From: Eledone cirrhosa | Lineage: Eukaryota | Length of the DNA: 64,000 bases | Reading direction: 5' to 3' | NCBI GenBank assembly: GCA_964016885.1 | Contig: OZ024742.1 | Coordinates: forward strand, 254,510,001 to 254,574,000 | Part shown: in pieces, positions 31,800 through 46,257 of the stretch | Numbering within the stretch: the stretch's first letter is position 1 | How the letters are laid out: each line of letters starts with the position of its first letter | Position numbers and translations under genes: made by a program | The notes under the pieces: model-generated | The model's input: the letters and a program-made list of their open reading frames with translations, nothing else | Told to the model about the DNA's origin: nothing | The model's database searches: none

Positions 31800-32440
31800 T
31801 ATATGTAAAGAGTAGGAGCCCGATGGCTGAGCTGTTGCCGTTTCAACAGCTAGTTTCAGACTGTTAGCTAAAAGGGTTCAGGGTTAACTGGCCATTTTGT
31901 CAGAAGTGTGGTTCGTTCATATAAGGGTATAAGTTGTCTGTACAAGTGTAAATGTTCTTTATAGGATGTTACAGAAAAGTTTTAGAATGAATTGATGGTA
32001 TTTTATATATACATATAAATACATTTTTATATATATTTAGGGAGTGGGTATGTTATGCAATATAATGGGCCTAAGGTTGTCTTGAGTGTCTATATGTGGC
32101 TCTGCTGCCCACATACGATTAGATATTAATAGTTCTGTAATGGAGTGCGAGGATAAGTATTGGCATTTTAGTGTCGCTATTGGATTGGTGTTGTGCTGTG
32201 AATCCATTTGGGAGTTATCCTATATGGCTTAAGAGTTGGATGTGCAACTTGGGTTAGTGTATATTGGGCTACTTATGCGCCAGCAACACGTACAGTTATT
32301 TCTATGGTGTTGTAAGATGGTATGTTAGTTTAAACATGATCCCATCAGTACAGGTGCTTATGTAAGCACTATATCTGGGTGTCTTTCTGGGTGCTGGCTC
32401 TGGGTGTGGTCTTGTTGGGTCTGCTGATGAGTTTTAGGCG
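31800..32440 (-). mobile_element. Heavily decayed PLE-like 3' fragment
   Basis: Weak GIY-YIG-like remnants (CTC, PKWI, SITELL) and a degenerate CTGACAA..GAAACTAG motif near 31845-31905. Confidence 0.35.
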
Positions 32441-32449
32441 GAGTCATAC

Positions 32450-33030
32450 TCATCATCATCACCATCATCATCATCATCTTCGTTTAACGTCCATTTTCCA
32501 CGCTAGCATGGGTTAGACGGGAGTTGTCCCACTTGTGACAAGGTTGGTCGGGTGACCATGTCTCGCTCATATAGGACTATCTGGCAGGTTTTCTACAGCT
32601 GGATGCCCTTCCTAACACCAACCACATTTACAGTGTGGAACTGGGAACTTTTTACCGTGTTACCTACACGGCCATTACCTACACTCATATGTGCATATGT
32701 ACTATGTGAACCAAGGTGTGTGTCTGCCATTGTGGAGGCATAATTTATCATCATCATCATCATCCACCATTTAATGTCCATTTTTCCACGCTAGCATGGG
32801 CTAGACGAGTTTTTCTATTGTGGGATAGGGCAGGTCAGGTGACCATCCCTTTCTCATAAAGAATTGATTTGGGCTTGGTTTCTACCACTGGATGTCCTTC
32901 CTAACACCAACCACATTTAGAGTGAGTACTGAGTGCTTTTTGTCATGACACCTACATGACCACTTTACAGTGTGGGCTGGGTGCTTTTTGTTGTGACACA
33001 TCTATACAACTACTTTAGAGTGTTGGCTGG
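32450..33030 (-). mobile_element. Two adjacent RTE 3'-UTR/tail fragments
   Basis: GCTGGATGCCCTTCCTAACACCAACC motif plus (CAT)n, as in 20232-20500 and 60553-60850; another copy at 34815-35050. Confidence 0.75.
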
Positions 33031-33472
33031 GGACTTTGGTGGGAGAGGTGTGTGGAGATTGTGATGTGTATATGGATGTGTGTGTGTGAGGAGGAGGGGG
33101 GTATTAGGATGTAGGAGTTGTATGGGAGAGGGAAAGGAGGTGAAGGTGTAAATTCAGTCTAAATAAAGTCATGAGTTCATCCATTTTACTTGGTAATTGT
33201 TCCTTGGTGAACTTTAAGGCTTTTTAAGTGTTTTGCAAAACAACAAAGAACAGTTACAGTAATAACACTGTCCAAACCAAAACAGTAGGCTCGTACTGAC
33301 CTGTTCTGAAGAGGTTTTTTTCACTATTTAACATAAGTGAGCACTGTGCTTTCCTTTTGGCTGGTATCTTAATGATACTGGCTTAATTAAAACATTGAGT
33401 GAGTGGGAAAACAATCGAAGGTATTTTGGTCCTATTCAGTGACACCCTTTCAGTATTATTATAATATATATA

Positions 33473-33642
33473 CAGGTAAAATTCCATTATAACGAATACC
33501 ATTATAACGAAATTTTCAGTATAACGACATTTTTTTCAATCCCCAGCCATACGCTCAATATGCTCAGTCGACCTCATTATAAAGAATATTTCGTTACAAC
33601 AAATTTTTTTCCTGCAAATTTCATTATAACGGAATTTTACAG
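33473..33642. mobile_element. Tc1/mariner-type (Tigger-like) MITE
   Basis: TIRs CAGGTAAAATTCCATTATAACGAA / TTCATTATAACGGAATTTTACAG, flanked by TA. Confidence 0.7.
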
Positions 33643-33646
33643 TATA

Positions 33647-33696
<50 letters not shown>

Positions 33697-33811
33697 CAGG
33701 TTGTCACACACCAAACCAGTATTAGCCTCCACATTGGAGGACACATTTAACCTTTATAAATACATATGGATAGGTTGTCACAGATAAATACCCATAAGGA
33801 TTCCACCCAAA

Positions 33812-33861
<50 letters not shown>

Positions 33862-35059
33862 GTGTGTGTGTGTACACAAATACATATATATAACGTGCAT
33901 AATATAGGCATGGCTGGGCATGTCCCTTGAATTCTGCTCAGATTATGCTCACATAACATACATGTAGCAAGTGAAATTAAATTTATTTACATGAGATTGG
34001 CTAAGGCTGAATATCCCTTACATTCTTATCATAAGAAACCCACAACACAGAGATAAGTAAGTTTTTCTCACATATGGAGATCTCACATGTTTCAAAGAGA
34101 AAATTTTGCCAGTATTATCAGTAAAGTGGTTGGTGATTAGAAGGGCATTCAGGCCAAAAACTGAACATAAGTGAGATGTGGGCCCCCAGATCATTAGTGG
34201 AATGAAAATAACTCTAATGAAGTACTGATTGGGTTAGTGATGACATGTCTAACCAATATCATCTAGGAAAAACAAACAATAAATGATGATGATGATGATT
34301 TTGATAATGTAAGCTTCTACTAGGATTTTACAGCTGTACGTATTTATGAAATATAATATTTATAATGGCTATAAGAATCGTCTGAGAATCTATAATTAAA
34401 TACAGAGAATTAAAGACAAAGAATGATCATATTGAGAGATGTAATCGGTATCCTGAGCAGTTCAATGCATATACACATAGAACAAACAATACACATACTG
34501 TGTGTACAATTACAGAAATATGCACATACACATCTAGACAGACACATACGCCTTCTAAATGGTCAAACCACATTCGATATATCTATTACCAATATAGATA
34601 TATTGTCTCCCTCGTAATTGTATGTTTGTAATTATGGTTGAAGAATGGTTATAGAAAGAGATGTGTGGCTCTATTGATCTGTGAAAATACAGAAACATAC
34701 ATGTAAATATATTCTCATATCTATTTCATTTTATTATTGTCTGTATATCTACAGATATACAGAGGCGAACAGTTACACACATCAATATATAACATATACA
34801 GATAATATATATATCATCATCATCATCATCCACATTTAACGTCCACTTTCCATGCTAGCATGGGTTAGACGGGAGTTATCCCACTTGAGGCAAGGTTGGT
34901 CGGGTGACCGTGTCTCGTTCATATAGGACTATCTGGCAGATTTTCTACAGCTGGATGCCCTTCCTAACACCAACCACATTTACAGTGTGGAATTGGGAAC
35001 TTTTTACCGTGCTACCTACACGGCCACATTACAGCGTGGACTGTGTGTTTTTTCTTTAT

Positions 35060-35286
35060 AGTAATAATAATAAATTTGAAGAGTAAAATCCAAAGAGGGC
35101 TCGATAAGGATAAATATATATCAGATATATAAGAACCATAGAGCAACTATTTATTAAAATAACAGATTAAAGTTTAAGCAAAGAATCGCTGCTTTCACCC
35201 TTAACGGGATCTTCTAAAGATTCCGTTAAGGGTGAAAGCAGCGATTCTTTGCTTAAACTTTAATCTGTTAATCTGTTATTTTAATA

Positions 35287-35290
<4 letters not shown>
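35060..35290. mobile_element. Family B fold-back mini-element, second copy
   Basis: Same structure and junction position (~35216) as 14716-14940. Confidence 0.85.
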
Positions 35291-35349
<59 letters not shown>

Positions 35350-35530
35350 TCCGTTGATTTGATCAGAGACATACTGTATTTAAGGTCGAGTGACGTAACT
35401 TGGAGTGATTAGCAGCCTTTAGACTCACCTGATCTATGAAACAATTGTTAATACTGTAAATAAAACCCTTTTTGTGCAGCCGACCATATTATTCTTCACT
35501 CTTTCACTATATATATACACACACACATAC

Positions 35531-35573
<43 letters not shown>

Positions 35574-35646
35574 TGTCATCCAGACTAATGAAACATATGT
35601 ACCTGCTATGCACCATTGTAGTAACTGGCCTTAATATATATATATA

Positions 35647-35853
35647 CAGGCTGGCCACTGAAAAACTTGTTCGTTTTCAATCTTTTTTTTTTTTTTACTG
35701 GTTATAAAGCATCCCTTGTTGTTTTTCACACATAATGCTGAAACAAATCCATTACTTATATTTTCAAATAAAATAATAAAAATATTAAAAAAACCATGTG
35801 TTTATAAAAGTTATTTTTGTTTTATATCATTCAGTCTTTCAGTGGCCACCCTA
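35647..35853. mobile_element. Tc1/mariner-type MITE
   Basis: TIRs CAGGCTGGCCACTGAAA / TTTCAGTGGCCACCCTA within (TA)n. Confidence 0.7.
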
Positions 35854-35864
35854 TATATATATAT

Positions 35865-36990
35865 AACTGGATGTTCTTACGCGACAACCTACTGCACGCA
35901 ACTGTAGCTGAAAGAGGGTGACTTAAAGGTGGAACAGCATTGTAGATAGAGTCATTAAAGACAAAAGACAAGCATGGAAGGTTTGAAAAAAATGGGGGAA
36001 GTAGAGGCCGGTACTCAGCCGCTAAAAGAGAGGTTACATGTCAAGTGTACAGAGCATGTAGGGAAACTGAGAGTAGGAGGTTTGCCAATGTTTTGCAACA
36101 AGAGGATCATAGACGTGAGGTGTTCTGCATTGCAAGGTAGTTTGTCAGTGTAAATCAGGATGTTGTTGGAGATAAGTGTGTGCGAAATGATACCGGTACA
36201 CTTAGCATCACTGATGCTAAGAAAATGGAGGCCTGGGGAGACTGATGAATGTTGAGAATGAATGGGAGAGAGAGAGAGAAACTACCCTCAGCAGACCCAA
36301 CAGAGAGGCCATCTATTGAGGTTGTCGACTATAGGGTCAAAGAAGCAATTAAAGAAATGAAAAGTGGTAAGGCCACTGAAGCGTGAGACATAGTTGCTGA
36401 GATGTTAAAGCCATCAGAAGTCAGAACAAAACTAGTTACACACATAGTTAATTAAGTTATATATGTCGGAGTCATACCCAAAGACTGGTGCAGCAGTATA
36501 ATTGTTAATTGTTAAAAATAGTAAATGGGATGTTCTGGAGAGAAGCAATTATAGGGGCAAAAAACTGATGGATGTGTAATAGTAATATACGCGAATGGCG
36601 AAGCATAAACGAATTGAGAGAGGGAATAAGCATAAGAGAAATCAAATGCTGTATGCAGAAGAGGAGATTACATTGGTACGAAGATGTAATGCGTACGAAG
36701 AATGACAGCTGCATAAACAGTTGATGGAAGCCTTAGAATGGGGAGACCCAAGAAGACCTTGGATGAGGTGATAAAAACTGGTTGTGTGGGTGCCACAATA
36801 AAAAGTACCCACTACTCACTGTAAATTAGGTTTTTGTTAGAGAGGGCATCCAACTGTAGAAAGCAAGTCAATATCAGTTCTGTACGAGCAAGACATGGTC
36901 ACCTGACCTGGCATTACTCACAACAGTACAACTCATCAAATCCATACTAGCGTGGAAGAATGGACATAAAATGGTGAGGATGATGATGAT
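35865..36990 (+). mobile_element. Decayed, internally deleted RTE LINE
   Basis: Similar to 53593-54050 and to the RTE 3' end; ends in (GAT)n. Confidence 0.8.
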
Positions 36991-38399
36991 ATATAACTGT
37001 TCTGAAGGGGCTAATTCCTCACTGATGAAGTTGCTCTTAGACAATTACTTAATGCTTGATAGCATTGCCTAATTTCTGTGCAGGCCAGTTCCATATGGAC
37101 TGACACCAGCAGATGGTGGAGTAGAAACTAATGCATTAGCCTGGGACCATAGAATGAAACTCTTTACTCACACAAATTCATTTTTCTCACTGTTAAACGT
37201 ATTAGTGTGTACTCTTCTTTCCTTTTGGTTGGTATCTTAATGATCTTGACTTAGTTAAAGCATTTTGTGAATGGGAAAATGATCGAAGGTATATCAGTCC
37301 TATCTGATGACTTCATTTCAGTATTGTATATATATATATATCTCCCGGTGATTTTGGATGGCCATTGACTCTTAAGAGCTCCTTTGCCCTTTGACAGGTT
37401 TTGTTTTTACTCCTGCAGGATGTCCAAAGTCACCCTCCTCACCAAGAAACCTTGGTGGGGTTGCCAGTTTAGTCGCCAACGACTCGACCTTGAGTATGGT
37501 TGTACTGGGATATATGTTAGCAGTAGCACCAACTGGTGACCTGGCAAAAAATCACCGGGAGAGATGACCGCTTAGCCTTTGTCAAGGCAGAATTCTAGGA
37601 GAAGGAAAACTCTGATATAGCACCTTCAACCCTGATGGTATCCAATGATGTTGACTTGTTCTTCTTTTTGGTAAATATCATCTTGGTTAAGAGAGTGGGA
37701 CTGGCTTTGTGCAGTGCCTTTGCTCACTATAAAAGCTTCACGACACAGGCATTGCTTTATATCTAGAGATCTCTCTGCACTTGTCATCACAGGGTACAAT
37801 GGGCCCAGCACTATGTGTCAGTAATTGTCACAAGTGTAGTGTTTGTACCAGAGTTTTCAAGTCGCTGGCTGGACTAAAAAGTCACACTCGTTTAGCGCAT
37901 CAGTAGGGGTTCTCCTACATGGATATAAAGTAATGGCCGTACTCGAAAACGAGTTGGCAGCCACCATATGTATATATATAGCTAGTTAGTTCCACTACAA
38001 ATTAACAAAACATATTTGAGGGCACGTGTTTCACCGTGCAGATTTTCAACCTGTGTATGGCTGCGGTGAAAACGGAAGTGAATATGAGCTAACAGGCTTC
38101 GGCATGATGGACATGGCGATATTTTAGTGATAAGGGAGATAAGTCAAATTAGTCAAATGCAAGTGAGACAATTTTCGTTTGAGTTAGTTCATTCCGGGTA
38201 AGAATTTTGGTTATCCCAGTTCTTTCAAGTTACGTAAGAGGTACTTCCCAGTGTGGGGGCTGCAATTGAAATAATCAGCTCTACTGTTAAGGCAAGTACT
38301 ATTACGTAATCTCTGCAAGATATTCACTCGTTCATTAATAAACTGGTTACAGGACATTTCCCCATTTCCATATGACCTGGATCTGACGAGAATTTTCCT

Positions 38400-39125
38400 T
38401 TTTGGAAAATACCTAATAGCGCCGTTCAATGAGTTAGGACTTAAGGTCACCGTTGCCACAAAGTGCAGGTTATTTAGACATCCATTTAGACCTTCCCCTA
38501 CACACATTTGGACCTTTCCACAAACTTGATGAAAAGTTAACTTATATACAAAAGGACTCATGTCACCCACCTACGTTCTTTAAAACTTTTGTTAAAAATA
38601 TCAGTCCTAGTGTTTCTAATCTTTTGCCTAACAAGGCCATCTTTGACAGAGCGGCATCTCACTATAACACTGTGTTAGACAACAGCGGCTTCCCCAACAA
38701 AATGTCTTACTCCCATCCTAATCACACTAACAGTAGAAATAAAAATAGAAATAAAAAAATAATTTGGTTTTGCCCATCCTTCTCGCTCAGTGTTAGAACC
38801 AATGTAGGTAGAACATTCTTGGCACTCTTAGACAAACACTTCCCCATTGGACATAAATACAGACCTATATTCAATAGACACAGGGGGAAACTCAGATATT
38901 CCTGTGTTAAAAATATGAAAGCCTACATCAACTCAAACCCCAAGAGCTGTCCCCCAACTGGATGCTCAGAAGCATGCCATCTTTAACAACAGTGTAACAT
39001 ACCTGCAGTAGTTTATTAGGCTAAAGTTACAACCACTCAACCAAATCAAAAACAGGTCAAAACATATGTAGGCATGTCAGAAGGTTGGTTTAACGAACAC
39101 TTCCTTAACCATCAGACCCAGGCCA
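38400..39125 (+). pseudogene. PLE RT thumb, linker and GIY-YIG fragment
   Basis: YLDI, SCHPP, KKIIWFCPSFSLSVRTNVGRTFLALLDKHFP, YSC; then VVY*AKVT...TYVGMSE. Confidence 0.8.
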
Positions 39126-39139
39126 TACGGAAATGGGGA

Positions 39140-40080
39140 AATGTCCTGTAAGCTGTGTTTTGATAATCTAGCTCTCATAGCTGAATCTATGACAGAACTA
39201 ACGAAAAACTTTCTGACGTAGGAGCTTAATCTAGAATCAAAGGGTCCTAAAGTCAACTTAGCAAAGGCCAAAGTTCTAGTAAGTAGTAAGGAAAATAAGG
39301 CACTGATCCCTTCTGGGAAATGGCCCAGCTCTGTATGTAGGAACTAGGTGGGTAGAAATTGCAATCTCTGTCCCAAATGCAAGCTATGAGTACACAAGAG
39401 ATGTAGTGGGATCTCAGATAGTTTAGCTAAGAATGTAGGTTTTAATTGTGGCTGTTGCACAGGTGTAGTATGTAACAAACACTCACAGGAAACAAGTGCT
39501 ATCAAATTCTTGGAAGATTCTGTCGAAGCAGTTGACAGCTTCTGCTACCTAGGTGGCGAAATAAGCCGTGGAAGTGGGTGTGCCAAAAGTACTAGCCAGA
39601 GTGAGAATGGGATGGAAAAATCTCAGTGATCTACTACTGACACTAGCTACTCTTCTTTACTGCCATTTTTCATATAACTCTAACACTCTAACAACCCTCC
39701 TTTGATCCACCCCTCACCTTATAAGTGCCCCACCCTCAATCTACATCTCCAATCCCTATGCAACTCCCCCACCTCAGTCCACCCTGTAAAGTGGTTGTGT
39801 ATGTGTCTCAATAAAAAGGCCCCAGTCCACACTGTAAAGTGGGCATGTAGGTGTCACAACAAAAAGCACACAGTCAGCACTATAAAGTAGTCATCTAGGT
39901 GTCACAACAAAAAGCAACTACTGTAAATGTGTGTGTGGTTGCCATTAGGAAGGGCATCCAGCTGGATAAACAAAGCCAAATTCGGTCCAGTGTGAGCTGA
40001 AGACGATCATCTGCCCTGGCTTGGCTCACATCTGAACAACTCATCTAACCCAAGCTAGTATGGAAAAATATACATTAAAT
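39140..40080 (+). mobile_element. Decayed RTE LINE 3' part
   Basis: LIAES..EL, NLAKAK, SGKWP, FCYLG remnants plus RTE 3' UTR. Confidence 0.75.
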
Positions 40081-40084
40081 AATA

Positions 40085-42378
40085 ATTGTCTCTACGTTTG
40101 GCACAAGGCCAGCCATTACCCAGTTCATTACTGGTACTTTATTTTATCAACCCGGTAAGGATGAAAGGCAAAGTTAACCTCGACGGGATTTGAACTCAGA
40201 CCGTAAAGGGATATAACTATGCCGGAAAGCATGGCGTCCGACCCTAAATAATAATGATGATTGTTTATATATATATATATATATATAAAATAAGAAGTTG
40301 ACGGACCCAGCATATTTATCAATGCCAAGACCGGTTGTATCTCAGCGTACTCAATAGGCAATGTAAGATACATTCCCAGAGTATACACATAGTTATTCGC
40401 TTCAATACAACACACGTAAAACGGGTGCCTGTAATAGTTCCCGGATTCGAGTTTCAGCCCCACTTAATGCAGCAGTAGGGTGCACTGCACCCTCCGTCTG
40501 CATATATTATGCAACAATGCATAATTGGCGTATGTGGCTTCATCAGCGTGTAGCACCTAATCAATAACCAATCGATCGACAGATTCCAAACCCAGCCCAT
40601 GCCGGCCATGACAGTTTGTGACAGTCGACACGGTAAAACGATTAGCAACTGGAATCTGATACAATTCTGTCTCAACTAGCCACCGATTTACAAACTTTAC
40701 GTGGTGGCGGGAGAATAGAAAACAAATCTTTTCGTTCCCGTCAAAAGCACTTAGCCAACGTGTCTCACACACAAGTTAACAAGAGGTGAAAAGATGGTTA
40801 TTAGAAATAGCAGTACCACATCGATGTATAATAGAATGGTAGCATTCGGCTCATGTCTTCAAGTCCCATGGCCAGAGGAAAGCGATAGTAACTATGGTAG
40901 TGTCAAGAACCTTTAACGGACATTAAATGCCATTATCCATCATAGAGCAATATATAGTAGCGAGCTGGAATGCGGCAGCCGCGTGCGTAAAACCAGTCTA
41001 TTTCACAACTTAAAAGAGTGAGAGATAAAATTAATAGCAGGAATTAGAGCATATATCAAAACAAAAACAATAAAAAAAGTGAAAAATTGTTTAACTTACT
41101 CTCATTAGTCTGCTAGTTGGGAGATAATAATAATTGTTTCTACTTTTGGCACAAGGCCAGCAATTACCCAGTACATTACTGGTACTTTATTTTATCGACC
41201 CCGTAAGGATGAAAGGCATAGTTGACCTCGGCGGGATTTGAACTCAGAATGGCAAGGGCCATAACTCTATGCGTCAAAGCATGGTGCCCGACTCTCTACC
41301 GATACTGCCAATCCTAATAAGGAGTTGACGGACCCAGCATAGTTATCAATGCCAGGACCGATGTATCTCAGCGTACTCAATGGGCAATGTAAGATACATT
41401 CCCAGAGTATACACATAGTTATTCACTTCAATACAACACACGTAAAATGGGTGCCTATAATAGTTCCCGATATGTATATATGCATTCGGTATACAAGGAT
41501 ACAATTCACTTTTAGCACTCAATGTCATAATACTTCCTAAAACCAAGGAAGGATAATAAAGAGCAAAATGCGAAATTGAAGATGTTAGGGTCCTTTATTA
41601 ATTGACCTGTTATACATATTTCAATGATGATAGATATCGTGATTTCTTCAAGCAGCAACAAATTGATTAAAAGATAACAATTCCGAGGTAATTTTAAGTA
41701 GTAGGGAGTGGACACTCAAAGCAAAAACACATTTTTTTTAGTCCACTCCCTTCCAATCAAAACCGCATTGGAAAGGTTATAACAGCTCAATAAAGGACCC
41801 TAACATCATCATCTATATATATATATATATTAGGGTTTTTTTTATATCGATATTGTTGGGCATCCACTGATGATTTATAAGTGCCCACCTGCATATATTC
41901 CTATAGACTATGTGTAGGCTTCTACACAACCTGGACATTATTTTCCCAACTTGTAGAAAACTTATAATGAAAAGATCGTTTGGAAGGAGGGATGTATTTA
42001 ATTATGTCTCATATAAAATAATACAACTGGCTATCCGCAAAATACGTGTAGTTAGCACCCCAAACATATAATTGGGATTATACTAAGGTATATCCTAATG
42101 TTTGTTGAGTGAGACGGAAGTCGGTCGGAGTATTGCTTAAAGCTTTCTCTGTTAATGTGTTAAATATATATATATATATATTAATAATATTAAGATAATT
42201 GTTTCTACTTTTGGCACAAAATTAACCAGTGCATTACTGGTACTTTATTTTATCGACCCTGTAAGGATGAAAGGCAAAGTTAACCTTGGCGGGATTTGAA
42301 CTCAGAATGGCAAAGGCCGTAATTCTATACATCAAAGCATGGCGTCCGATCCTCTACCGATACTGCCAATCCACCGCC
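40085..42378 (-). mobile_element. Three tRNA-SINE copies (~40085-40247, 41135-41315, 42197-42378)
   Basis: Match to 51817-52001. Confidence 0.82.
41863..41984 (+). ncRNA. Branched-stem II hammerhead, second copy (element ~41835-42165)
   Basis: TCCA-CTGATGA-TTTATAAG...CTTATAAT-GAA-AAGATCGT-T^TGGA; homologous to ~1430-1750. Confidence 0.68.
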
Positions 42379-42750
42379 TCAGGATATATTAGGATAATTA
42401 ACAAAGAAAAGATAACAAATGAAAACAAAGACAAATATATATATATAATATATATATATAATTCGTTTGGAATTTGTTTTTCGAGATTTCTTATCTGAAA
42501 ACATGTGTTGAAACAGATATTGTTATACTTTGGGAGGGTCATGTTGCCCATAAAAGCACATGTACCTGTTGGTTTTCACTTAAATGTATTATAAATTTTC
42601 GGTTGGTTAGTTGGTTCAATAACTAAAAGGTTGTTTATATATTGTCAAAGCCCTTGCGTCACACATTCTGAGACCTCCTCAGTTTATATTTTGTGTCTCT
42701 CCTTTGTTTTGTCCTAGTGTAGGACACATATATATGTGTGGATGTGTGTG

Positions 42751-42814
<64 letters not shown>

Positions 42815-42825
42815 ATATATATATT

Positions 42826-43225
42826 AGTTATTATGAAGCATTGTGAGATTTGTAGTAAAAGACCAATACATTTTTTAAAAGTCAGTACAATACAGTAGAA
42901 AATTTTGAATGATAAATGAATGATGACAAATGAAACAAAACATAACAAAGTAATGTTTTGCCCAGTATTATTTGTCATGATATTTCAGGGCTAATGCCCT
43001 CTTTTCAAATACCAAAAGTCTGAAAACTCTGATCGCTAGTTTGTTTTGTCTTGGACATTTTCACCTTCCCATCTGAAAAGAAGGTAATATCCCTGAAATA
43101 TCATGTTAAAATACATTGAGTAAAACATTACTTTGTTTTGTTTTGTTTCTTTTGTCATCATTTCCTCTTCGTATTTTTCTACTGCATTGTACCGGCTTTC
43201 AAAAAATAAATCAGTCTTTTATTAC
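42826..43225. repeat. Older, diverged fold-back element
   Basis: ~42826-43010 versus ~43070-43225; degenerate CTGAAAA..GAAATATC motif at the inner ends. Confidence 0.7.
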
Positions 43226-43229
43226 ACCA

Positions 43230-44020
43230 TCATCATTATCATCATCATCATCATTTAACGTCTATCTTCCACACTAGCATGGGTTAGATGGGGATTGACC
43301 CACTTGAGACAAGATTGTTTGGGTGACCATGTCTCACTTGTATAGGACTGTATCTGGCAGGTTTTCTATGGCTTGCCCCTTCCTAACACCAACCACATTT
43401 ACAGTGTGAACTGGGAGCCCATTTACTGTGTCTCCTACACGATCACTTGACAGCATGGACTAGGTGCTTTTTGTTGTGACACCTACATGACCACTATAGT
43501 GTGGGTTGGATGTTCTGTGGTACCAACATAATTTTACAGAGAAAGGGGGTGGTAGATGTGGGAGGATATATGTTCTAGTAATCATAGTCCTTCCACTGGG
43601 ATTTCCTGGCCCTTCTTGACCCAATGATCATTGTTTATGTGTATCCCATGTCCAAGCCAATGCAGTCTTCTCTCCTGCACACCACATCAAATTCCTCTTA
43701 AACCCAGCTTCTCCTTCAACTTGGTCAATTTCTGCCTCTCTCTCACACCTACATTGCACATTCAATGGAGCATGCTTGCTTCATTTCTCTCCAGTCTATG
43801 CACATTCTCCGCAGTCACAACCCATATTTCACTATCATGCAGCATCACCCTTCAAACACAGGTGTCATACAATCATCCTTTTGTATGTAGGGAGAAATAT
43901 TTTATGGTCAACAGTAGGAGTAACTCTCTGAACTTTTTCCATCCTATCCTTATTCTAGCTATTATGTACTCAGTGAAACCTCCTCCATTGCTAATTACAT
44001 TGCCTAGATCACAGGAGCTA
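43230..44020 (-). mobile_element. Decayed RTE LINE 3' fragment
   Basis: ARIRIGWKKFREL; RTE 3' UTR; (GAT)n tail. Confidence 0.82.
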
Positions 44021-44028
44021 TATACGTG

Positions 44029-44130
<102 letters not shown>

Positions 44131-44187
44131 GTATATATATCAATTTCACCCCACCCGTTCCTTCAATCTATCTTATTTCTCATTCAT

Positions 44188-44223
44188 TCTTCTGATGAAG
44201 GACTAGCATCTGAAACGTTAAGA
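44188..44223 (+). ncRNA. Minimal type I hammerhead
   Basis: TCTT-CTGATGA-AGG-ACTAGCA-TCT-GAA-ACGT-T^AAGA. Confidence 0.68.
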
Positions 44224-44319
44224 CTCTCTTCCTGCTATTTCAAACGTTAACCTAATATATTCCTTCCATATACTGTACCGACTGTGTTGTTATTTCTGTT
44301 TACCTTTTACATATATATG

Positions 44320-44592
44320 AGGAAATAATTGTTTCTACTTTAGACACAAGGCCAGAAATTACCCAGTGCATTACTGGTATTTATTTTATCGACCCCGTAC
44401 GGATAAAAGGCAAAGTCAACCTCGGCGAGATTTGAACTCAGATCGTAAAGGGACGTAACTATGCTGGAAAGCATGGCGTTCGACCCTCCACCGATACTGC
44501 CAATCCACCGAGGAAATAATTGTTTCTACTTTTGGCACAAGGCCAGCAAAAACCCAGTGTATTACTGGTACTTTATTTTATCGACCCCGTAA
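44320..44592 (-). mobile_element. tRNA SINE plus a tandem partial second copy
   Basis: Full copy ~44327-44510; partial copy ~44517-44592. Confidence 0.85.
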
Positions 44593-45149
44593 TAATAATA
44601 TCTGTTTATGTAGGCTAATCACTCCCATTTCCTCTAATGACTGAATAACGCAACCCATTGACTACTTTACTCCCCTCATCCTTTATCTGTCACATACAAA
44701 ATGGATGTCTATAAGTTTTTATATTTTTATATTTACATATTATTTTGTATTTACATATTCTAATGTTAAATTTGTGATCATATGCTTTCGGTTATTACCC
44801 AAGGTTCATGACCATAGGTAAGGGTTGGCACGATTACTGAATTGAAGATAGTGAGTTTAGCTTTTACACTTATCTCCCTTCTTCTGATTACCAAATGCTA
44901 TATCTATATGAACAGACCATTTATAGACATTGTCTCAGCAGCACCTAGGAGGCCTACTATTATTTTTTTTGCCCCGAATCATAACCTCTATACATGTTTT
45001 AGAAAAACCTATTGTGGGTGTTTATGTGACCAAAGAGTTACAGGACTTTTGAACATGCATATCATAGAAACTATTTTAGCAGCTTTTAGTAGATCCAGTT
45101 TTTATATAGTTGTAGTTTATTGTTTGAAAGGTCTTGATATTACTAATCA

Positions 45150-45700
45150 TGGATGAAATCCTGTTCAAACATTCATGAAAATAAAGGATGACAAGTAGGA
45201 CATACGAGATAACATAAACTGAAGTACCATTTGATTATTTGAAATGAAAGTAAAATAAACAATAATTGAAATCCTTCAAGAGTCAAGTTGTCATATATGT
45301 CTTTCTGAAACAATATCTCTTTCAATTTAATGTTGTTGGATATCTTATCAGTAAATCATGTCCCATTTATTGATGACTATGAGCTGATATATTACAGACT
45401 TTCTGAGATGACTCTGAAAGGAAAGTTTTCAATAATTACTTTCATACATTGCTATGTACTGCCAACTTTTCATCCTCGTGAAGTTATCGAATTCTATGAC
45501 CTGATCCAGTCTACTTAGACAACATGACAACCAAAGTTTATCTCTTTATTAGGAGATACTTTAATTGCAAATTATCCATCTTTCATTGATAAGCATACTC
45601 TTGGGAATGCTGGTGAGTGTGGTGAACTCTTTACAAAATGCTGCTTTGCAAAGATGATTCGTGTGAAATTGGGAGTTGAAACAGATATTGTTATACATTC
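45150..45700 (+). pseudogene. Old LINE APE endonuclease remnant
   Basis: RLSEMTLKGKFSIITFIHCYV.PT...EVIEFYDLIQ, then an LLGDxN-like segment. Confidence 0.5.
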
Positions 45701-46257
45701 GGAGGTTCACACTGCCAATAAAAACATACCCACAAGCTAAGTTTCACTTCAGTTAGGAGCATCAGACAAAATGTTTTCCAGCATTTAGTTTTAGCTCTTT
45801 GCATTCTCAGTTTAAATCCTGCCATGGTCAGCTTTGCTTTGTCATCCTTGTGGAATTGATGAAGTAAAGTGTCAATCATACACAGGAGTTGACCTCTTGC
45901 CTAAATTAGAAATTGTAATTTGTTAGGTCACTGCACAATTCCTCAGTTAGTTTAGTATCCATATTCTTATTTAACTGTTATATTTAATTGCCAAAGCTCT
46001 TTCGGCACACCTTCTGTAACCTTCTCATTTGCACTTATTAGATCTCTGTGTTTTTTTATTGTTTTGACTTTTTTTATTTACTCCATCTTACATAAATAAT
46101 AATATAACTGAAGTGAATTTCAAATAGTGGGCATGTTTTTATTGAGACAATGACACTCCCTAAGTATAACAACACACACACACATATATATGTATATATA
46201 CATGCACGTATATACATACATTAATACACACATATATATAAATATATATATATAGAG

